A stretch of 58,196 bases of DNA, filler included, from Platydemus manokwari (Eukaryota): the NCBI GenBank assembly GCA_037951405.1. It is 5 parts of 5 records of this genome, joined end to end, with 100 filler letters (N's around TTAATTAATTAA, not from the genome) between each part and the next. Parts side by side here need not be neighbours in the genome. Positions count along the whole stretch, not along the records: positions 44,809 to 58,196 come from JBBMOY011745842.1; 4 more parts are not named here. The stretch is one strand, 5' to 3'. This document shows, one piece after another, positions 50,187 through 58,196 of this stretch (position 1 is its first letter; the number at the start of each line of letters is the position of its first letter). Below the pieces are notes generated by a model. It was not told where the DNA came from and made no database searches. It was given only the letters and a program-made list of their open reading frames with translations. Made by a program: the position numbers and the translations under genes.

Positions 50187-53100
50187 AATTATCCAAATAG
50201 ATGCTCAATGTAGTGTCAACTTGAGTAACATTTGTTCCACCACTTATAGAAGCCGGATTAATCGAAATCGGTCCTTGACTCGCGTTTCCAATTCTGGGAA
50301 TGTAACAAGATGCATTGAATAACTGATCTCCTCTTACTATCGTATTGGCTATTGGAGGGTACGTTCTTTTTGTCAAGAAAGTATAAATGATGTTACTTGA
50401 ATCTCCCTATAATCAGAGATAAATTGAAAATTTTTTAAATAAAAAATAATAAAATTTAACAGTAAAGGTATTTTTCTTAAATCAGTTACAATAAGAAAAA
50501 AAATCAAAGGTTCACTTTTTATAGTAAAACCTCGATTGTTAGACTTGTTGATATCAAAATAAAAAAAACTGGCATCTCTAAACAAAGTGAAGGGTGATTA
50601 AGAGTTGATTATATATTTTCTATTTTCAATTATTAAGCCATCTTCTCTGTCCATGAGAATCCTTTTAGTGCTCCTTCGAAACCGTACTCTTTTTAAATTA
50701 CCGAATATTCATTTTATGCAATTTACGAAAAGAGCGGGTAGAAAAATTTATCAAAAAATCATTTTGTTGAAAGAAAATATGTCTTGATTTTCATAAAAGA
50801 TATCACATTGAAAAAATTGAAGTTCCATCCTTTGATCATGATACTAGTGAAGTAGATTTTCCAAAAATATGTCGATGAGATTTCATGAATTTCAGCGAGT
50901 CTCACTTTTTTATAAGTCTGGCCTAAAAAGCTCTCCAAAAATGTATTAAGTATACTAAGATAAATATATGCAAAAAACCGAAAGTTCATTTTAAATTGAA
51001 CAACACCCACTCAAACGAACAAACTCAAAGGCTAACCAATTACAATCCACAAAAATCAAAATTACAAACAAAATCTAGGAAAACACAAACTTTAAAATAG
51101 ACACACGAATAGCGAATGAAAATTAAACATGCGCAAAAACATATATTTCAGAAACATATGTCAGTTACATGCTAAAAATAATTGTGAGATTATCGTGATA
51201 GCTATTTGTAGAGTTGTATAAAACATTTATTTATTTCCTTATTTTACCACCAACACTTTGATATATCATTGAATTTGTATATTTTTGCGAGATCTTAAGG
51301 AAATATCCATAAAAATATTAATTGACTCTGAATAGTGGAAGTTGTAATTGTAAATCACAATGAACTACAAAACTCGATTCATCACGAAATACAATTAAAA
51401 TCACACAAAATCAACGATAGATTATCACACAATATGGGATCAGCACCAGAAAATTAAACAGCAAAACAGAGGACTACCACAAAGACGTACAAATAAAATT
51501 CTAATAACTTACTATAGCACCGGTATTGCAAAGTTCAAAAGAGATTGTTATTTTGATAGTGCTGCTGTCGTTACTTGCAATCGAACTAGGACAGTTTGCA
51601 TTATTATAAATAGTTAGATAATAATTAGATTTGTTTAAATATTATAAAAATGCGTGTGATTTTTAAAACAATAAATTTTGATGGAAACTAATGATGTTTT
51701 TACTGGTGACCACGCCGAAATAAATGCTCTTACGAGAGCCAAACGGGAAGAGAGGCTGAAAAATTTTGCAATTTCGAAGCCATCGTTCTTCGATGCCGAA
51801 GATGGTTCCAAGATGCTGAGAATGGTTCCAGACAAACAAGGATTTTGCCACATTTATTCAAATGGAATTATCATATGCATTTGACATGCTGTTGAAAGAC
51901 GACGCCAAACAACTGTGGCAAGAATCCAGCAATTTCAAATGAAGAGATTGAGAAATGGTTTTTGTAAACTTTCTCACATGCCAAAATAGTGTACGACAAA
52001 GGCCAGATGAGAAGTACCGCAATTATGAACTTCGGGCAAAGAAATTAATAACGGAGGTGTTCTATAAGAAAGACACTCTTGAAGAAATTTCAAAACTATT
52101 TATTCTGCAAGGCCTAAATAGCAAGAAATTGAAAGAGTCTTTTACTATCTACCCTGCAATGTCTGACGATAGGAAAAAAGAGTTGGCTGTCAATTTAGAG
52201 AAGTTAAATTATTCCAAGTTAACATATTCTAATAAAATTCTAATAACTTACTCTAGCCCCGGCATTACAAAGTTCAAAAGAGATTGTTAAATTGATTGTA
52301 TTGCTGTCGTTACTTAAAATCGAACCAGGGCAGTTTGCATTATTATAAATGATGGAGACATCTTGATTTCGCATATTTGGATTGATATTTAAATTCCACA
52401 CGAGCGTTAAGATGTTTCTCGCACAAACAATTCTTGGTAAATCATCTAGATAAATTTATAATAATGATTATTATTATTTAATTATTTATAATTGTTTTTA
52501 GGAATATATTGATTTATAAAAAATATTCTATTCACAACAGGTGCTCACAAACAAGCGGTTAGTGATTCGAAATTGCTATGAGCAAATTATTAAATGATGG
52601 GTTTCCATGTTTTATTCGAAATAGAAAAGTAGAAAGGATTACAAAATCGATATATCTGATGACTATTTGGTTTAATCATGAAACCATCGTAACCCTTACA
52701 ATTATTATTATTAATTTTATTATTATTATTATTACGGATACAATGAGAATAATTTAAACGATTAATAAGAAGCTTTAACAGTAATACTACCGATGTTCAA
52801 AAATCATGCCGCTGTAAATTAACACCATAAAAATGTATTTGAAAACTCTGAAGAAAATGCAGTGCAATTTCCCAATACAAGTACCATATTCCTTCGCATC
52901 AGTTTCTCTTATAAATGGCATGTTAGAAAACATGTAAAAATATATGTTACAAAATGTATTTGATACATACAATAACACTCGTTTTGACTGATTATAAATA
53001 GAAATTGTCATGGCTATTTCTACAGTATATATTCGACTATGTATTTTTTGCAAAGAAAGCTTCAAAAGATTAGTCCCCTGCCAACATTAGTATTTTTATT

Positions 53101-53690
53101 AATATTGTATGACCTTTTAGTTGTCAAATCATCACGATTCCAAATTCCAAAGAATTGGTTCACTGGTGGATTTACTCACTTGAGTCAATTTTACGATAAC
53201 TCACCTCTTGTACTTAGAATTCTTTTTCTCAGTTATTATCAATGTTAAGTATAACTTGATCATTATGATTATATTCAATATTTACCTAGAACTACATTTG
53301 TTATATTACATGAAACACCAATGTTGTCACTGGGCATACACCCATCACTTTGATATGGGAAATTGTTAGTACATTGATCAAGCGAAGTGGCATTAATCGG
53401 GCATTGAAGGCTGTTGAAACCACCTATTGGTAAGTTCGCAGATATACCAGTCATGTTGATTCCTTGTATTAATCTCGCATATGTATCACTATTATAATAA
53501 TAATCAATCAATCAATAAAGTTGTAAATAAATATATGTGACGTTTTACTTTTGTCCCAACATACGACAAAATAGTTTTGATTCATTTACTCCGAGTATGT
53601 TTTTCGATCCACAGAAAAACACATCCCTACCAGAACAACTCAATGATATTATATTCTGTCCGTATTTCGTGAAATCTAGAGTAGGTGCAC
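50187..53690 (-). CDS. Partial extracellular gene: SRCR-like exons (53690-53549, 53488-53286) and a ZP-like exon (50406-about 50187)
   Basis: FFCGSKN...SKLFCRMLG|...LQCPINATSLDQC...GCMPSDNIGVSC fits the SRCR cysteine pattern and splices in frame. IIYTF..IVRGD..FNASCYIP...LSIYLD resembles a ZP-N/ZP-C junction. Exon phases (1 vs 0) imply a missing exon between them. Confidence 0.6.
51492..52350. repeat. Pair of 120-bp direct repeats (51492-51611, 52231-52350) flanking a decayed coding-like segment
   Basis: aataaaattctaataacttact.tagc.ccgg.att.caaagttcaaaagagattgtta...cagtttgcattattataaat occurs twice. Confidence 0.85.
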
Positions 53691-54299
53691 CTAATTAAAT
53701 AAAAATAATCAATAAATGTATACAAATAAAAATATCCGAAAAAAATAAAATCAATTTATGATGTTATAAAGAATTTCACTGATATAATCAATACGTATTT
53801 GTTTATTGATTTTTCATTTTGAAATATACTTCCAAAATTACCGAAAATTTTTCAAATATTGAAAAATCTATAAATTGATTTTCCATCTTTTATCTTTTTA
53901 AAAAAAATGTATTTCCAAATTTTTATCAATTCAACTTGTTCACATTTTTCCAGTTTCTAATGATTTTCGAGTCACATTTCAAACCTTAAGATGTCTTGTC
54001 TTAAGATTTCTTGTCTTCATTTTAAACTCCGTGGTTTTCAATCAAGCCATTATTATTCAGTTTAAAAAGATCTAACAAATCATTCGTTGAAAATAAATCT
54101 TAATAATTAGCTTTCAATTAATCGAAAGATTTCCCAGGCGCCCGATTTAATAGTACACCATGTTATAAAGTTGTCTGAATAGATATTGAAAAAAAATATT
54201 TAATTTAAAATAAAACATTCTCATTTCAGTCTATATATTCAACCAGTGAAATATTCATTTATCACAATGACTTTGTAACGGGTTATAGTAACATACAAA

Positions 54300-54879
54300 C
54301 AATGTTCCCTGTAAGTTGTGCTTGTGTGTGCGCACGCAAAGAAAACATGTGTGTACATTTGTAAAACGTCTGCACGCACAAATGGAATATGTCAGTGCTC
54401 AAAAGTTTCTTACTGAGAACAAAGTACTGGCTCAATGCCAAAAACTTCGCTTAAATATCGGTTTTGAGAATGAGATTTTTATTTCTTTAGCAAGGAAAAC
54501 AAATTATTTAAGTATGGTTTTATGATTGTGGAAAACAAGGGCTACTTAAATCTTTGACAATCGTGTGGTAAACCGCCCCACTCGTCGTTCAGTGTGTTTG
54601 CTCTGGTAATGTGGGTAAAAAAATTGACATAAACAAAAAGTAGAATGTATAATTTATTTGCTTTAAATAATTGTTTTATTGTAACTTATATCTTCAACAG
54701 TTTATTGTATCCCTGCTATTAGTCTCGTAAAGAAATAGAGTCTATAAAATGAATAAATTATTTTCTTGTCTTATGTTCATTATTGTGTGCACATTGCACA
54801 CAATTAATTTCAGTTTGTCATATTTTGCACATCACCAAATATTGCACACAGAGACTTGCAAAGATTAGAAGGAACATTG
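54300..54879. mobile_element. hAT-type non-autonomous element
   Basis: TIRs caatgttccctgtaa / ttagaaggaacattg with subterminal gcaca repeats; no TSD preserved. Confidence 0.7.
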
Positions 54880-55775
54880 GTTGTGAAGGCTTATATTTAC
54901 AAATATAGATTTTCCACAAAAGGGCGTTGCCTTGCAGATTAAGATCTTTCACAATATCTTGAACCCAGATTCGATATACTGGAATGGCAATTTTTGTGTT
55001 GGAACATTATGTGTATCGATAGATGTCCTGTATAAGGTAAAAATATTTCTAGGCAGTCATGACTTAATAAAGAGCTCTTTGCAAGAAATGAGGTAGAGTT
55101 CAATGAATTGGTGAAATATTACATAATCGACGGTGCACTCTACCATAACCCAAAAAGGAGAAAATGCTTTTCTGTAACTGTTTCTCATTTCGATGATGAG
55201 CAGGATTTTAGAATGCATTGCTCCCGGAGATACCAATACTTAATCAATAATAATAAAGAAAACAATTTTTCCAAAAATTAATCCAAATTAATTTTCATCG
55301 AATACAAATTTAAATGTCGCTTGAGATATAAAAACTCAAATGCTATTTTAATTTTATAAACGATATCGAACTTGAAGAAGTGCTATTTATATGATTGAAT
55401 TTGATTTTAAAATTGATCTATGTGAAGATTTGTAATGAATTGAATTTTGAAAAAATTTAAAATGAGATTTTTGTTAAACATCATTTTGTTTGAATCATTG
55501 TAATAGAAATATAATTCGTTTTCGTGACTTTTCAAAAGGTTTCCAATGCGTACTTTATTAAATAGTATCAGCTTGTAAAGTGATCACGTATTTGGAAGTA
55601 TAGAAGAGATGGAGGAAGACAAAGAAAAGATGTAAAGTGGATATAGAAAAAGTTGTATAGAAGACATAGAGAGAAGAAAAAGTGAAGATATAGAGACGAT
55701 ATAAATAAAATATAAAGTAGATATGCTATAGAAATTGTCATTTACATGAATATCTAGAGAAGTTGATACAGAGAT

Positions 55776-57031
55776 TATAAAGGAGATTAGTAAATGGAAA
55801 TATGAATGTCGTATGTATGATGTATGTATGTTTTTGATTGTATGTTGATTAGTGATTGCGAAATTGTCAGTTGCTACAATCCAAAAAACTTCTCAAGATG
55901 TTATTACTTTCTCAGTAATAAAGAAAATGTTATATACCAAGATTCTAATGAAATATTTAAAGATGTGTATGTCGATTTCTGTGGACCATTAAATAGAACA
56001 AGATCAGGGAATAATACATTTTGGTAATTATTGATCATTTCAGCAAATACATTTCATTGACAGCGGTATACAACCAAGATTGGAAAACAACAGCAGAGGT
56101 GCTACGGAATAAATACATTCTAAAATTTTGCAATCCTAAAACACTACATACAGATAGAGGAAGAGTCTTCGAATCCAAAGTTATTTCAGAACTCTTGACG
56201 AAGCATCACATTGTATTGAAACAATCAAGCCCTTATCATCACAATACCAATGGTCTGATCGACCGACAATTTCGAGCAATACGTGACGCAATAACTGCAA
56301 GTATTCAAAACAAGAAATACTCAGATTGGGTTGACTTATTGCCTGATATTGAATTTATGATGAACGCTACATTGCAACACTAGACGAAATTTTCAGCAAC
56401 CGAAATAGTTTTTGGTAAACCTATTGATAAAGAATGGCAAGAAAACAAATTACGAAAGAAGATATAAATGTACATCAGTTAGAGAATCAGAGAAAACAGA
56501 TACAAAGGAATATTGAAAAACAAATGAGGGCTAGATATGATGAGAAGAACAAGTGAGAACATCAAACGAAAAGAAAATACAATGTTGGTATTAATAAAAA
56601 TAGAAAACCATAATAAAATGGAAGATAGATACGAAGGCCCATATCAAATAATAGAAAAAATTCACGATAGGAGTTACAAGCTGAAAAATAAGGCCGGAAA
56701 AGAGCCAATAAGAAATATAGAATAGTTGAAGGGTTTTAAAAGAGAGGGGATATAAGGGATATTTGTAAATGGAAATGTCGTATGTATGATATGTGTATGT
56801 TGTTTGATTGCATGTTGATTATTGATTGCGCAATTGTCAGTTGCTACAATCCAAAAAACCTCACAAGATGTTATTAATTCATCAGTAATAAAATGATGTA
56901 TATAACATCGTAATTGTATTAACTCGTTGACGGACACTTGCGTCTATAACCGTCAATTTCGAACTTCATTAGTTCCTATTATCCGTCAATGTGTTAAATA
57001 AATTATTCAGTATAAAACGACTTATTTCTAA
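55776..57031 (+). mobile_element. Internally deleted Gypsy element retaining the integrase core between LTR copies
   Basis: LTR-like copies start at 55776 and 56751. Integrase motifs are VYVDFCGPL, IIDHFSKY, LHTDRGRVF, SSPYHHNTNGLIDR and YEGPYQI. A polypurine tract aaaagagagggga (56738-56750) lies directly before the 3' LTR. Confidence 0.88.
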
Positions 57032-58196
57032 CAGATATAATGAAGAATTCGGTGAAAATCAAAGATTTTAAAGAAAGATGAATGTGAAGATTTATAATGA
57101 AACTGAAATTTGTTTGAATAATTGTAAACAAAATATAATTTGGTACCGTGACTATTCAGTGAGTTTTCAATATGTGTGCCTTATTAAATATCAGCTACTT
57201 ACAACCTAAACGGTACTTATATCAATCGATTACACAAACATATACGATTCATCTATATTAGAAACATATTCAAAACAAATCAGTCTTCTTACAGCTTTCC
57301 GAAAATTTCTTCACATTTTATCGACTAAAAATATATTTTAATTAAAATAATAAATATTTTTAAAAAATTCATTACAAAAAATTATGAATATCAACGGATT
57401 AGAATTTTTAAAAGTCATCATCTTTCTGGATGATATAACAAATCACAAGAAACAGTTAATTCTCAAATTGAAATCATTGAAATACCAATGTGGTTTATTT
57501 AGCAGTACTAATTCTTTGGAAAATCATATTGTTTCCAAATAAAAAGGTTCAGAAAGAAAACTCAATTAATTTTCATACTGGCCAAACATCATTGAAAAAA
57601 TCATCGGCATTGAAATATTTGGTTAATGTTGAAAGGGGTCATAAAATAAAATTTTTAATTTGTTGAGTGTATGGTTAATTATATTCTTTAAAAACATTTT
57701 GAATTTTTTATTTAAGTACTTAAGAAGAATCTTAATTGTTTGAAATCAAATATTAAATAGACTATTGCTTCAAAATGTCCTAAAATTTTATTATTCGAAA
57801 AAGGGATCAAAGTAGGTCGAATTGCAATTTATTGAAAATTAGCCGGGGCGCCTTTTTAACATTAGAAGCAAATTGAGAGATACACTCTAAATTTTTTACA
57901 ATCATTTGATTAAAAACCAACTATATTATTTAACATGTCTGTGATTAACTAACTTGATTTATAATTGAAAAGAAATTAAAATTAAAAACTCTAATAATCA
58001 TCTAGAAGTATTGTGATAAGAACTTGTGTTTTTAAAACTATGTTTTGTCTCTATTCGACATCTTAAAAAGTGAAATATTAACTGAGTTATACAAATAAAT
58101 CAAACATCGTAATTATATATAAAATTAAGTTATAAAATTATCTCATGCGCGAAAATTCATTATTACGAAAGTAGGTCAAAGGACCCCTTTTCTTAA

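Overview
Very AT-rich eukaryotic (animal) genomic DNA with short 44-56 bp GT-AG introns. The gene and repeat content suggests a flatworm, probably a planarian, but that is inference. The window looks like several contigs joined by artificial 100-bp N44-TTAATTAATTAA-N44 linkers, so adjacency across the linkers is unreliable. Host genes: a two-exon SK/KCNN-type Ca2+-activated K+ channel, a three-exon TRAF-like RING/ZnF/MATH gene, a divergent three-exon TBP-family gene, the last two exons of an LHPP-like HAD phosphatase (missed by the ORF track), the last two exons of a PPM1K-like PP2C, SRCR and ZP-like exons, and an unusual secreted Arg/Cys-rich peptide made of eight CxxxC-x6 repeats. Mobile DNA: mariner and hAT derivatives, an RT-deleted NeSL/R5-like element with a Ulp1-like protease motif, and Gypsy remnants. 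The most striking feature is a decayed Ty3/Gypsy element (16328-22372, minus strand, tRNA-Trp PBS). It carries a chuvirus-like (class III, gB-type) envelope glycoprotein between gag and protease, giving a gag-env-pol order, plus a possible exonuclease-like ORF after integrase. All homology calls are by-eye motif recognition; no searches were run.
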